A DNA stretch of 60,711 nt, counting the filler, from Stramenopiles sp. TOSAG23-6 (Eukaryota): assembly GCA_900128565.1 (NCBI GenBank). It is 12 parts of 12 records of this genome, joined end to end, with 100 filler letters (N's around TTAATTAATTAA, not from the genome) between each part and the next. Parts side by side here need not be neighbours in the genome. Positions count along the whole stretch, not along the records: positions 1 to 4,987 come from LT636995.1; positions 5,088 to 10,069 come from LT636996.1; positions 10,170 to 15,144 come from LT636997.1; 9 more parts are not named here. One strand, written 5' to 3'. The notes under the pieces were generated by a model. That model was not told the origin of the DNA, did no database searches, and saw only the letters and a program-made list of their open reading frames with translations. Positions 1-13,700 of this stretch are shown here, piece by piece. Position 1 is the stretch's first letter. Every line of letters begins with the position of its first letter. The position numbers and the translations under genes are program-made.

Positions 1-288
1 TACGTTTTCATCATGAATTTCAAATTTAATTTTTTTTCCGTACCAAATTTTGTACCTAAACAAAAAAGATTTTTTTTATATTTTTTACAATACATGTACG
101 TTGTCCACTTAAATTTTAAAGTTTTGTTGTGCACCAAATTTAATAGCTGACTTATTTCAAGTTTATAAATATGTTTTCACAATATATGCGACTCGTAGAA
201 TTGATGGGGCATGTAGGTTTTCATTTTTTTTTGTCTACATTTTTTTCGTACGAAATTTTGTACCTAACATTTTTTTTTAATTATTCAG

Positions 289-3200
289 CGTTTGCAGTCA
301 GAATTTAATATTTTTGTTCCTCCTACAGCACTAAAAGATCCAGATTGGAAACGTCGTCTTCTGCGCCCGGCACTTTTTAATGTTATAATGAAAAATAGTT
401 CTGTAGACGAGCCATCGAATAATCTTGGTACGCATAGTGCCGATGAAGATGCATACTTTCATCTTGGTAGTATGCTAGGATTCTCGCCTAACGTATTAAG
501 AGGTGAACTTGCTTTAGAATGTGCTCTGGTGGGTAATGCATCTTCTGCACTTCGATGGGGTGAAGAATTGTGTATTTGTTGTGATCCGGATGATAATGAT
601 TCTGATGCTGTCAGTGTGACGCTGAGGGAAGCTGCTACAGCATTACTTCATTATGCATCAGAACATAAGGAAGTGTTCCTTCCCCAGCAACAACAGAAGC
701 TATCATATTGTCCAATTGCAGCAGCTTCACTAGTTGCACATAGTTTATTGCTGTGTCCAAATGATGAAATAGGTAATGTAACGATGCAGTGGCAGAAAGC
801 AGCTGTTGTTTCTGATGTTTTTGTGCTCAGCGAACTTGGTGATTATAATCAGCTATGGGCACCTTCGTCTGCGTTTTCAGGTCACATTGCGTCGGATTAT
901 ACTCATAGTGATATTGGAGGAGTTTCAGATGAAGTTGATATTTCCCTTGATTTATCAATGAGTGAACTCGATCGAAATGAAGTACATGAAAGTAATACAG
1001 GGCTAAACATTTATACCGAGTGGCAGAGAGATGAATGTTTTATTTTTTTTCAAATTCCAATTTTGTTTTCATACGAAATTTCGTACCTAACAATTTGTTT
1101 TTAGATTTTTGAAATATTTTTCCAAAATACATGAATGTGTCGTTTTACCTACTTTGAGTGCGATGAAATTTGCACTTGCAGCATATGTAGAAGACGACGA
1201 AATTAGTGGATTTCAACTTGCACAATGGCTATCTGAACAAAACGCGGATCAGTTGGCATTTCGATCTCTCATGTTAACAAGTAGATTTGCATGGGGAAAA
1301 TTGACGAAATGTCTTGATGATCATTCTCCGTATGGACTTGATAGTTCTACTCTTTCTGATGTGTCAGGTGGAGCATTGCGCGTCCGAATGACATCTGAGG
1401 AAGATGAAGGCGCCCGCGTAATGTCTTCTATTGAAAGGCTTCTAGGGAAAGGATTGCTTTCATTGCATATCGATGTTCCACTTAGTATAGCTTATATGTT
1501 GGCATTACCCCCCAAAGCAGCTTTCCATGGTTTCAGTGATACGCTACAGTCTTCACATGATGATTTTTCACGATTATTACAATTATCCCGTGTAGGTAAG
1601 GCTGCAGCTTCTGCATGGGGAGAAACTTCTTTTCTACTGGAATGCCGAGCTCTTGAAACTAATGCATATTGGTGGACAAGACTTGCACAATTAGGTGTGG
1701 ATTTTGAGAGTAGAAGGTTTCCTACTCCGACGCAGGGCTCTTCATCACAAGTAGCTGTATATTTACGATCGCTTTTACCGCTGTTATTAAAGCAGACAAA
1801 TTATGACATTGAAGAAGTTCTCCGGTTTTCTCAACAATATGGACTTGGAGATGAATTTGTCCTATGCAAATATGTACAACTTTTACTAATCAAAACTGAA
1901 ACATTATTGCCTAACCAAAAACATCGGCATCGTGATTCCTTGTCATCTTTTTGTTACAATAAAGATCTAAAAAATAAATTGGTTGAAGCTACATCCAAAA
2001 TAAGACCATCCAAACTCCAATCTTTGCTTGCTTCTGTTGTGAGCGAAATTAATGGAACTGAATATGAACGACTTCGTTTGGTGATAGGCTTGCAACTTGA
2101 AGCAGCCGACGAAGATGATAGAAAAACAAAAGAGTTACTGAATCTTCGATTACATATTATTGAAGTATTGTTACACTTTGACTCGTACTATAATAACAGC
2201 ATTGCTATACGAAACGGAGAGAAAAAAATACTAGATACCCAGGATACACCCCCAGTTTGCTTAGCCGCAATGAATGCCGCATTAGTCGGGGGGAAATCTT
2301 TAAAAAATGCGAAAAAGTTATCTCAAAATGACTTTGTATCTATAAACGTACCACAAAATAACATCGATAATGGTAATTTAGAATTTAAATTTCCATCAAA
2401 ACCAAATTATCACATACTCTTAACTAAACCCTGGGACACGATACTTCCTCTACTAGAGCCCAATACTTTGAAACATCTCATAGCTTTCAGTGCACCGTTG
2501 GGTCTTGAGGCTGATGAATTTGTTCATCGACTCATTCGGAAAATGTTCAATTTTGATGATACGAATAATTCTAACAAAAATAAAACTACAGCTATAAATA
2601 ATGAAGAACAAAATACGGTACAAAATATGACACCTGCATCTCAACAGAATCATTCCTCCATTCGTATTCCTAGTGTCAATCAACTAGAAGCACAATTACG
2701 TCGTATTCAAAGCCTCGAAAAGAAAATATTTGTCGCTGAGTGTACGTTTTATTTTTTTAAAATTTTGATTTTTTTTCGTACGAAATTTTGTACCTAACAG
2801 ATTTTACAAAAAAAATATTTTTTCACAATACGTGGGCTTCAGATCAATATCCTATGAGTCAAGCTCGTATTGACGTTCTCAACATTGCTATATCTGCTGC
2901 TGAACTTAGGTGCACATCAACTGATAAAGATACACAAAAGGTCAACTCTGATGCTAAAAATAATTTGTCAAGGCTTATTGCTAAAATGAATGCGAGTCGT
3001 ACACACTTGTCTTTGATGTCACTAGGTTTAGATATTGCTGAATTTAGTTTATATTTTGGAAATCCAAAAGAGCTAATTTGCCGATTATATCATGAACTTG
3101 CACCAGCTGCTGCTGTACAACAAGAACAAATTGAACAATCAAGTACAGGATTACTACAAAGTTTTATGGGTTTTTCAAATTCAAAAATTTTCCCACAGAA

Positions 3201-4909
3201 ATACAGCGAAAAAAAATTGCATGTAGAATGGCAATCTCAAATTGGAGTTGATGCATCTTCAGTAAATGTCACTGTCACACAATCAAGGGCTGCTATTAAT
3301 GTTCATTCGGTAGTTGCGGATATTGCTGCTCAATACGATCTTAATGCTGATAGAGTAAGAAGGTATCTCGTCCAACATTGGCTGTCTCATGGAGCTCAAG
3401 CACCATGCGTCGGTAATGACTCGGAACAGCCTTCATCAATTCATCATAGTACCACTCATGTTGCTTCTATACATGAGGGAAGTAGTAGATCTGTAGAACT
3501 AAATAGTGAAAATAAAAACGTATCACCGTTAACAATTAATAATAACCATATTAATGCCAATAAAAACAAGTCTGATAATAGAAATTTAAATGGAGCATTT
3601 CAAGTTGCTCCAACATTGGGATTATTCAATAGCAATGGAAAAGCAAAAGACAAAAATGTTATGTTTTCTATATCAAAGGATGAAAAAGAGGCAGCTGAAG
3701 AAATCGCTACAGCAACACGAATTTGCTATGTGTTGAGATGCCCGGAGAGTTCCGCAAGTAATCGACAATGTTACAAGTATCTATTAAAATTTGCTTTCTC
3801 GAAACCAAAAGGCAATAATATCGGCGTTTCACACCGTGCAAGAGCTCGAGCAATGCAAGCAGCATTAGGTCTTGCAACTGCTGTTTCAGAACGTGATATA
3901 TTGGAAGAAGTATATCAAACTGCTGCAGGTCCTTTCCGCACTGGTGGGGGCACTCTTAAAGAACTAGAGTCTCGATGGCGAGTTGAGTTATATTTACATA
4001 AGTTGGCATCATTGAGAGTCCCACTGACATCTACACAATTTCAAGCGTGTGACAAGTTAGGGCTTGTCCGAGGCCTTTGGAAGAATAAAGAACGTCGGAG
4101 AGATCCAGTGATCGTATCGTTATTGTCACAAATAATGCTTGATTATGAACTACAAGATGTACAATTATGGACTGCTCTATTATGGGAAATGCATCATTGT
4201 GGCATGCATCGCAGACTTTTAAGTTTATTGGGCCCTTTATCAACATTTAATTGTATTCAGACGGGCTGGTCAAAAAATGCTTCGAGAACAGATTTACAAA
4301 AAGTTTGGGTTGCAATTTTAATGGAACCAATCCGCCAGATCGAATCAAGTGTGTCAAAGTTTGTTGGTGTGAACGGCNNNNNNNNNNNNNNNNNNNNNNN
4401 NNNNNNNNNNNNNNNNNNNNNNNNNNNNNNNNNNNNNNNNNNNNNNNNNNNNNNNNNNNNNNNNNNNNNNNNNNNNNNNNNNNNNNNNNNNNNNNNNNNN
4501 NNNNATTTTTTTTTAATTTCGAATTTAATTTTTTTTCATACGAAATTTTGTACCTAAAAAATTCTGAATGTTTTTTTTGAAATATTTTTCCAAAATACAT
4601 GTACCACTGGCCAAATTCGTAGAGCTATCGTTGAAGCTTGGATTCAATCGAGCTGCTATAATGTGTGCATCTGCGGCATCTACAAAAGAACAACGACATG
4701 ACTGCGCAACTGCTGTGGTCAAAGCAGATGATAGTTTACATCTGACAGAATCTTTATTACAATATTTATGCCCAAGTCAAGGTAGCTGTATTGGTACTGG
4801 CCACGCCATGGTAAGGACACTGCTTGGTGTAATCAAAGTGAAACATCAAAGTATTCCTGAAAGTCTTGAGAAATATTTTGATGAAGATTATTTTGCAAAG
4901 AAAAATTGA
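289..4909 (+). CDS. KNTC1: Kinetochore-associated protein 1 / Rough deal (ROD), 5'-partial, multi-exon (introns ~1033-1132, 2742-2833, gap-4600)
   Basis: C-terminal region SHRARARAMQAALGL...LRVPLTSTQFQACDKLGLVRGLWKN...LDYELQDVQLWTALL and WWTRLAQLGVDF resemble KNTC1 (Rod_C) motifs as recalled. ORFs join in frame when the repeat introns are removed (...QRD|ECV..., ...VAE-W-ASD...). Confidence 0.8.
1033..1132 (+). other. Repeat-family intron, GA...AT (or GT...AT if slid 4 nt to 1037-1136)
   Basis: Contains TACCTAAC and ends CCAAAATACAT; flanked by the 8-nt direct repeat ATGAATGT; removal joins ORFs 292 and 1109. Confidence 0.8.
2742..2833 (+). other. Repeat-family intron, GT...GT
   Basis: GAGT|GTACGTTTT...CACAATACGT|GG; removal joins ORFs 1109 and 2788 in frame. 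Confidence 0.8.
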
Positions 4910-4987
4910 AAACTTGATGATGGTTTGTAAAAATATTTTTTTTTTAGTATTTTTTTGTTAGGTGCAAAATTTAATACAAAAAAAAAA

Positions 4988-5087
4988 NNNNNNNNNNNNN
5001 NNNNNNNNNNNNNNNNNNNNNNNNNNNNNNNTTAATTAATTAANNNNNNNNNNNNNNNNNNNNNNNNNNNNNNNNNNNNNNNNNNNN
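4988..5087. other. Artificial contig spacer (N-run + TTAATTAATTAA + N-run). Also at ~10070, 15145, 20219, 25288, 30356, 35424, 40488, 45546, 50603, 55658.
   Basis: Identical ~100-nt linker with stops in all six frames recurring every ~5.06 kb; contigs sorted by decreasing length. Confidence 0.97.
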
Positions 5088-5156
5088 AAAAAAAATCGTT
5101 AGGTACAAAATTTCGTACGAAAAAAAAATCGAAATTGAAAAAAAAATAAAACAAAC

Positions 5157-5894
5157 ATGATGTGTCGTATCACTGAAAAAGTCTTCAGAATCTCTAAAGT
5201 AAGTCGAGAGTTCGGTCTCCAAAATGTCTACTACAGACATTAGTTTCTTATGTTTCTTTTGTAATCTTTCTTTCGCATTATTTAAAAGTTCAACTTTTTG
5301 GTTGTCTCGGCTCTTGGCTTGTATTTGTTTGATTTGGTTAGAAATCACTGTTTTACTTTTTTTCAAAGTGGTTACATCTTGCAAATATTTCAGAAGTTCA
5401 CTCTTTTTGGTATCAAAGTTGGGAAAACTGACTTTATGGGGGATTTCATCATAACTATGTAAACATTCTTTCAACTCCCTGAGTCGAGTTTCCAAAGGTA
5501 ATAATTTCTGCTCAATTTTGAACAGTTCCTCTTGTTTTGTTTCAATATTTACTCGAATATCTTCCGCTTTATTTGCAGCGTGGTGTTCTCGAAGACGAGC
5601 GTCTTCAATGCGCGCAATGACATTATCGTCATCATCTTTTATTTCTTCAGATACGCAGTCGACATTTTTCAAAGGGTTCCAGTTATCCGTACTTTTATCA
5701 ATTCGTAGGAAGGCAATTTCATGCTCCAGTGAAGATAATTTAGCGTTGCTTTCTGCCCACTGACTTGATGTTTGCTCTAAAAGTTGAGTTTTGGCAGCAA
5801 GCGCTTTTCGAAGTTGTAAGTTTTCAGTTTCTATTTTAGAGTGATAATCTTGTTTTTCGACGGAAGAAGTGGCATCGTCAACAGCCCAGGTCAT
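5157..5894 (-). CDS. Coiled-coil protein, first exon only (3' end lost at contig edge inside a repeat intron)
   Basis: Heptad-rich ORF; donor AT|GTTTGTTTT at 5156 followed by the branch motif. Confidence 0.6.
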
Positions 5895-6273
5895 TTGGGA
5901 GATGACTAAGAGAACCTTGTATTCCTTTAACCCAAATAACTTATTTTTGAGTTGATAGTGGTGATAGATTTCGAGATCTGAGATTTAGACTATATATCAT
6001 CAAAAAAAATCACAAAATCAATCAACTTTAATCAACTTTAATGATTTTTTTCAAACAAAAAAGGTTCTTAGAGATGTGAAACATGAGATTTTTTTTTTGA
6101 TGTCGGCGTTTTTATCCCCGTTTGAAATGAAATCACGAAATCCGGAAATCACGAAATATAACACTATATATACCAGTTCCTCATGAAAAAGTATTCAGCA
6201 GCTTCTTCTTGTGATCTATCCTTCTTACTTGTTTGAAGTTCAACATAATTGAATTATTGACGAAAGTCTTGGA

Positions 6274-9200
6274 ATGCCAATGACATCTACAAATGGAGGT
6301 TCCCAGGACAATTCACAGGTATGGAATATTACTTGTCCTCCCAATGCATTGCCCGGAATGAGCGTCCAATTCAAAGTTGACGGTGAAACATTCCTAGCCA
6401 CGGTGCCTCAAGATTCAAAGCCAGGCGATGTTATCAGCGTAGTTCTAAATAGAGGTCTTACCAATGTGAAATTCGAAGGTCTACTAGAGAAGCAGTCGTC
6501 TGATTTAAGACGGCGTTGGCAACGCCGTTGGTTTGAAATATCAAATGGAAAATTGAAATACTTTGAGTCGCAGTCACGGCTACACCTAAAGGGGCGTTTC
6601 ACAATACGACATTTTTCTGCTCAACCTGTCAAGTCTCGGAGAACCATATTTAAACGGGCCAGTGAAGACTTTGACTTTACTGTATTCATAACATCATACA
6701 AAACATCAAAGGAAGTTAAAATCAGATTGCCATCGAGTGATCTCAAGAAACGACGGGAGTTGGAACTTGCATTGCAGTCTGCCGTGCACTTCACCAATTC
6801 TGCTCAAAATAATTTTGAGTCTCAAACTGATTACAATGCTGTAGTTGAGAAAGCGACTTTATCGCGTAAAGCCGATCTTACGTGGTGGAGATATTTAGGT
6901 GGTGAATTTACACCTTCCCTGGAGTCTATAATTTCTAATTGTATGGATCCAACATCGGTAGTTCAAGTAGATGCTACTCTTTTACTTCTCGATTTTGCAC
7001 TACGCAAATCTGCCGTAGATGATGTCAATAAAGCTTTTAGTACAATACAAAAAAATGATATTATCACCAAAAGTCTGTTCCAAGTTGGTTGGATTCAGCG
7101 TTATGTACAAGTGATTTTATCTAATCCACTTTTAGCGGAAAGTAATCGTACAAAAAAGGTTTTCAAAGAACTACGTGAATTTTTACCGTTTTTCTTGCCA
7201 AGGTTTAAAGCGGCAACAAAGTTAGATCTTTGCGAATTATTTATTGCAAATGCGAGTGCATCTGTATCTGCATCGACGAAGTCTTTACTTCGTGGATCAC
7301 TTCGTAATAATCAACGAAAAGATTTGAATGACTTTAAGAAATTGTCTATCGACGATGAAGACAGTTGTAATAGTGATGATACGAATGGTACATTAGATAC
7401 CAAACTTATGGAAGAATTCATCCGAGCAACAGAAGCTCTTACTGTTGCAGCTGTTGAATTACAACTCTGGGTACTTCCTAAGGACCCTTCTGATGATGGA
7501 GGTAGGAGACTTGCACATGATTTACGCACGACTCCTCAGCTTCGAATTCGTTTAGATCCACACCACCCATTTCGTATATGTACGTTTTCATCATTCATTT
7601 CAAATTTAGTTTTTTTTTCATACGAAATTTTGTACCTAAACAAAAACGGGTTTTTTTTGAGTTTTTATTTGATACGTTTTCATTTTTCATTTCAACTTTT
7701 TTTTTCTCCAAAATATTTTGTACCTAATGAATTTTTTTTAGGAATAAAGAATACTTTTCACTTTACATGGCTTGACTCGTTAGAAAAATTACTTGAACTG
7801 CATTTAATTATAATGGAAACTCAACCTTCGGGGGAGGAAACTCTTCAAAAATTTTCAAAAAGTTTCAATGCAATACCTAGAAAATTAATTCTTAGTATGT
7901 TATCGTTCTCATTTGCTGGTAAACTCACAAGCTCTCTAGTCAACTTATTAATGGTAAAAAAAATTTCATTTGGTCAGACTGTCCTTCAACGAATTATGTG
8001 GATTTTACTGGATGGTTCAAGTTTCGCTACACGTCGAGATGAGCAATTTGAACGCATTCCTAAAGGCCCAAGAAAGCGACTCAAAGATCAGCTCAAAAAT
8101 GTGGAGAAGGTTTTTAAAGATATGAAAAATATGGACCCATCGAGTGATGTGAACAGTTTTTACATTGCTGCTGTTGAAAATGTCGTTCCTATGTGGAAAG
8201 CCACGGATAAGGAAAAGATACTATTGACAGAAAATGTTATTCGATCAGCTCATGCTGCAATAAATGAACAAAAGAATTTAATCAATTTAAAAAGTCTCAT
8301 CGAAATGGCTGGTTGTGCTCCGGTGACTAATATGATTAAAGTTATATTCCCACTGATATATAACCCTGTTTTTGCTTCATTGACCACAAAAGGTGTAAAG
8401 TTGAAACAGTCACTTTCAGCAATTTTTAACCATATTGAAAAACTTATAAAAATGGTAGGAACTAATAGAGATGCTCATGCTGACGCTGCTGATAATGGTA
8501 CTAATCACATTGATAATAGTGATATAATTGCTCGCCATCGTGTACGTTTTTTTTTCGTACGAAATTTTGTACCTAACAAATTTAAGTTTTTTTTTTTTGA
8601 TTAATCATTCATTTTTTACCTACATGTTTTTCATAGACAATTTTGTACCTAACGATTTTTTTACTAAAAAACAACTATTTTTTCACAGTACATATAGCAT
8701 ATCGAAAAATTATTCAGCAAATTATTGAAGAAGGAACATGTCTGCTTCAGCGAATGCTAACTGTTGAATATGAGAAAAGAGCCTGTAAAAATACAGAAAT
8801 ATACAAATCCCAAGCAAAAAATTGTGACGAAAATAGTACACAAAAATCGTTCAAGGATTCAAATAACGATATGCTTTGGCATAGAATCATTTCATATGTA
8901 TGTTTTATTTTTTTTTCAAATTCGATTTTTTTTTTCGTACGACATTTTGTACCTAACAAATTTTAGTTTTTTTTTTTAAATATTTTTCCAAAATACATGC
9001 ATCTTCATTTGTTTCTCGGGTTGGTGTAGATCCAAATTACGTTTTGGATAAGGTGAATGGTACGTTTTCAACCCTAACCCTTATTTCATTTTTTTTTCCT
9101 AGAAAATTCCGTACTTATCGAATTTCGAATTTGATATATTTTTTCGAATACATGTTTGCCAAAAGAGAAGCAATCCATCATTTGGTCTGAAGTTGCAACA

Positions 9201-9498
9201 TTGATGCCAATGTGTTGTAAAACAACTTTATCTCCCAATGAAAATCGTTTTCTGAAAAAGAATGAGAGTTACATCCCTGGTTTACTTCAAAAACTTCCAA
9301 AAAAGGCTCAACCAGCAATGTATGTTTTATTTTTTTTTTTTTTGTATAAATTTTTTTTTCGTACGAAATTTTGTACCTAACGTTTTTTTTTGTTTTTGAA
9401 ATATTTTTCCAAAATACATGTCTTCAATTTTAAAAGGATTTGACCCGCCAAAATGTGAAGGTAATTGTGAATCATTTTTCAGAGCAGAAGCAAAATAA
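6274..9498 (+). CDS. PH-domain protein with a possible PX-associated DUF3818/Lec1(Ypr097w)-like C-terminal region; introns 7580-7768, 8542-8693, 8898-8998, 9060-9153, 9320-9419
   Basis: PH signature FEGLLEKQSSDLRRRWQRRWFEISNGKLKYFES. All five GT...AT removals give one continuous frame to TAA at 9498. The DUF3818 likeness (LLMVKKISFGQTVLQRIMWILL) is from memory and weak. Confidence 0.7.
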
Positions 9499-9679
9499 GA
9501 TTTTATTAAATTTTATTCAAAGTAATGTTTGGTATTGAAAAGATTATTATGTATATGTACAGAATAAAAAATATTAATATTTTGTATTTTGAGAAGTATT
9601 TTTATATGATAATTTTATAGCAAATATTATTAAAATGTACCTCTCTAATCAAAGGGTACCGTAAGAAATACTATTGAAA

Positions 9680-10017
9680 TTAACCTTTCGAATCTAATGT
9701 ACATAATGAAATCGCCATTTGAATCTTTTTAGTCCAATCAAGTCTCTCCAGAGATGTATTTTGGAAAAATATTTCAAAAACAAATTGTTAGGTACAAAAT
9801 TGCGTACGAAAAAAAAACTTGGAATTTGAAAAAAAATAAAACGAACATGATTCCACAGACATATACAACACAGATGCTCCAGTGACTACAGAAAATAAAT
9901 AGCGAGACGTGCTAGCATTGAACGTTTTTTCTTTGTCGTGTTTATTATTGATATCAACAGTGGAATCTTTGTTCAAGATAAATTCTCCTCTAGTAGAGTT
10001 ATTACCAGAAGTTTCAC
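9680..10017 (-). CDS. 3' end of a PH-domain protein (intron 9754-9846)
   Basis: Spliced product YLFSVVTGASVLYMSVESSLERLDWTKKIQMAI is a typical PH C-terminal strand and helix with the conserved W. Confidence 0.65.
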
Positions 10018-10729
10018 ATATATTGTAAAAAAAATTAAATTCGAAATTTGTTAGGTACAAAATTTCGTANNNNNNNNNNNNNNNNNNNNNNNNNNNNNNN
10101 NNNNNNNNNNNNNTTAATTAATTAANNNNNNNNNNNNNNNNNNNNNNNNNNNNNNNNNNNNNNNNNNNNAAACGCAAAGAAAGAAATTATTTCTAAATCT
10201 TGAAATATACCAAGACACAAAATAACAAGATAAAATACTTTCACTACACATAGACTATACCAAAGAAGAGCAAATATTTTTTTGACCTTTGTATAGAAAA
10301 AAATCAATAAACGAAAAAAAATGAAAAAGGTAAAAAAATACAAAAACAAAGAAGAAGAAGAAGAAACTTTAAAGTTGGATGAGTTGTTTTTATACAAATT
10401 ATGTTTTTTATTACGTTTTATTTTAATAAATTATTTAGTTTTAATTTTGATACTTTGATTTTATTATTATTTCGATGAATTATTTTGTCTTAATTTTGAT
10501 ACTTTGATCTTTGATTTTATACGTTTGTTGTTTGATTACAATCAATACCCGACGGTTGTTTTTTTTGCGTTTTTTTTCAACGTACGGTTAAAATTCAACG
10601 GTTACACTCCCTTTTTTCTTCTTCTTCTCATCAAGCTAGAGTTCTCATTGGGAGAGTTTCCAGAATGGCTTCAATTTTTTTCTTTAAAGAGTTCAAATGA
10701 TACAAATTAGATTTTATATGCACTAAATA

Positions 10730-13700
10730 ATGAGTAAGGCATTTCAATCTGATGATGATAGCTCAGTTGAAATTGCAGAAGTACTCACAGGAGAAAGTTT
10801 GGACAAATTATCAATTTCGTTGAATTCATCAGTGACACTTCAAAGACATGGCCTTGAAGCGAGTACAGCACGGAAATATGAGTCATCAGTGTCATTGGTT
10901 CTTCGAGATATCAAACAGCTCAAGGCTTTATGGAATGAAGCACTTCAGNTTTCTCATCATGNTTCTCCTAAAAAAGAAAAAAAGGAAACTTTTCATTGTT
11001 ACGCGACATTGACAGCTGTACAAAACGTTNTACGAGAGAAATTCTCATTTTTGAATAATACAAAAGCCTTACAGGTCGCATACAACCGCACGTGTTCTAA
11101 TAAAAAGCACAATCGTGTTTTATCATCTGAATTTCCAGTTTTGATACAAAATTGTTTATATTTAACAATCTTATGGAAAGATTCNTTCATTAATTCCGGT
11201 GTAAATTTGGAAAACTTTAGTGAATGCGTTAGCCTCTTAGGTATAGATATTAGCGTAATTGAAACCAGGAATATATTTAATAGTATTTCAACTGAATCAA
11301 AAATAAGAAATCAAGAAAAAATAGCTAATTTTTATACTGTATGCGATTGGCTTCGAGATCATCAAACGGTGAAAGTGACGTCATCTTGGTCAAACTTTGT
11401 TCAAAATACAGCTCTATTGGCACGACAGGCAGCGGAAGCAGATGCTACCGAAGTCGATGATGAAGAGTATTTACTAGCTAAACGACATAATACCTTTGTA
11501 CATAATGAGGAATTGTCAATTGATGAAGATTCTTTTCTTTCGAGATCTAATTGNGAAGAAGATTCTTTTCTTTTGAAATCTAATTGTTTTTTGAAATCTA
11601 ATGGTGAAGAAGATACTCCTTTTGAAAGTTTTACTGAGATGAATGAACAAAAAAGTAAACGNCAAATAAAAAATAGTAGTAATAGTAGTATAGTAACTAA
11701 AGCTCTGATGCATACGAGTAATACAGATATAGATGTTGAAAATAAAGAGGATTTGTCGTATGGCAATGAATCATTCTACGATGATGACGATGATGAATTT
11801 TTAAGTGATCATCCAGAAAGTGACGGTGAAACGACAGATACAATAGCAAAACATAAACAAAATTCTGCGAATTTTAAAGCCTGTGAAGAAAATGTAGATA
11901 CAACACAAATGTACAAGGTAAAAACAACATGCAAAGAAAAGGATGAACGAAATAAAGAAACGATTGATAAAAACGTATTTATGTCTACGACTATAGAAAA
12001 AGAGCAAAATAAAGAAACGATTGATAAAAACGTAGTTATGTCTACGACTATAGAAAAAGAAATNATCTCTACTTTTATNATGGATAGCGAAATTCCCTCC
12101 GATGATAAAAAAATACAAAACCATTCTAGTCCTAAACAAAATGTAGAAATAAAGGTTTTACAACGAGCCAACCACAATGAAGATACTATTGAATATAATG
12201 ACGCTGATGTAGATACATTATTATTAGCAATATATTCCGAACTTTGTGGACGTTACGAAGGATCACACACAGTAACCTCCCGTTTGAGACTTTTGATGAA
12301 ATCATGTAAGCGTCATGATACAAAAGCTGCAGTCGATCATAATATCAAACCATCATTTATCATTACAAAAACTAGTTTTATTCGTGTCTTAGCTTTACTT
12401 GGTATTGTTTTAAATGATATACAACTTAAAGTNCTTTCTAGTGTGACACAAAAACACAATGATACAAATAGTATAAGCTTAAATTATAAGAATCTTATCA
12501 ATAGGATGGAAGGATTAATTGAATCATCGCCAATAGTTGTAATGCATTCTGAGGACAAAGAGATACAAAAAAGTCATGATTATAAATTACAACCACATGT
12601 TTACAGTTTGGAAGAACAAAAACTAAAAAAACTAAAAATGAATCTAAAAATGAATCTAGTACAACCTGAAATCAATGATGTAGGAAACAAAGTAATTGTT
12701 AATAATTTAAATTATAATTTAAATTATCCAGAGAAAGTCAAATCAAGATTGAAATCAAGATTGAAATCAAGATTGAAATCAAGATTGAAATCAAGATTGT
12801 TCAATCATACAAAAGATTTGGAACATAATTCTATTCTAAAACTTCAAGCAACATTTCGAAAATATCTTGTTCAAAAAAATATGTTTCAACCAAATAATTT
12901 TCAATTAGGGCCAATAAAAATTACTGGGTTTGAGAAAGGAAGCTTTGATGAAAATCTTTTCATGAAGCTTTGTTTTGCNATCGCACGTAGAAGAAATGGG
13001 TCATTTTCATTCCGGGAGAGTGTTGAAGAGTTGACAAACCAATTAGAAATAAGAGATTTATACGAAAACACAGAGAGAGGTGGATGGATAACTAAAATGG
13101 ATTTTTTAGAATGTCTTTCACTTCTTGACATTGGTTGGGAGAGATGGGAACTTAGCGGGTGTTTATTGTTAATGGAAAAACGCACAGGTGATGGAAATAT
13201 TAGTTATCGTCCCTTTGTAGAAAGCTTGAGGGAAGTTTCGAAGAATCAGACGTTGGAAGAAGAGTTTCGAAAAGCAACTGTCACTGCTATGATTGAGTGT
13301 CGTAAAAGAAAAAACATCTTGAATGCAAAAGGTGTAACTCGAATACAAATGGAGAATAAACAATGTCATAATAGTAAGAACAATGATAGTAAATCGCCAA
13401 ATAAAACTGAAATAAAATACAATGACAATTTAACTTTGTCTGAACAAGCAAGTAAGATCTTAAATGAAGCAGGTTCATTTTCATTTTCCCCAACAAACNG
13501 GACACANAAGAGAAAAACATCAAAAGTTAAGTATTTTTCAACGAAATCTCCGGAACAAGCTGTAGTTCGAACATTATGCGCTGCAATTCGTTCCAAGCGG
13601 ATACTATTTGGGATTAAAATGGCTGGAACTATGGAAGCATTCCAAGTATTAGATCAACCTAGAGAAGGATTTACAAATGTACCTAAAATGTACAAAGCAC

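Noticed and set aside
2740-2800. Recurrent peptide motifs FFRTKFCT / SYEILYLT / KYFSKIH at ORF ends as a protein domain
   Set aside because: They are translations of the intron consensus in different frames.
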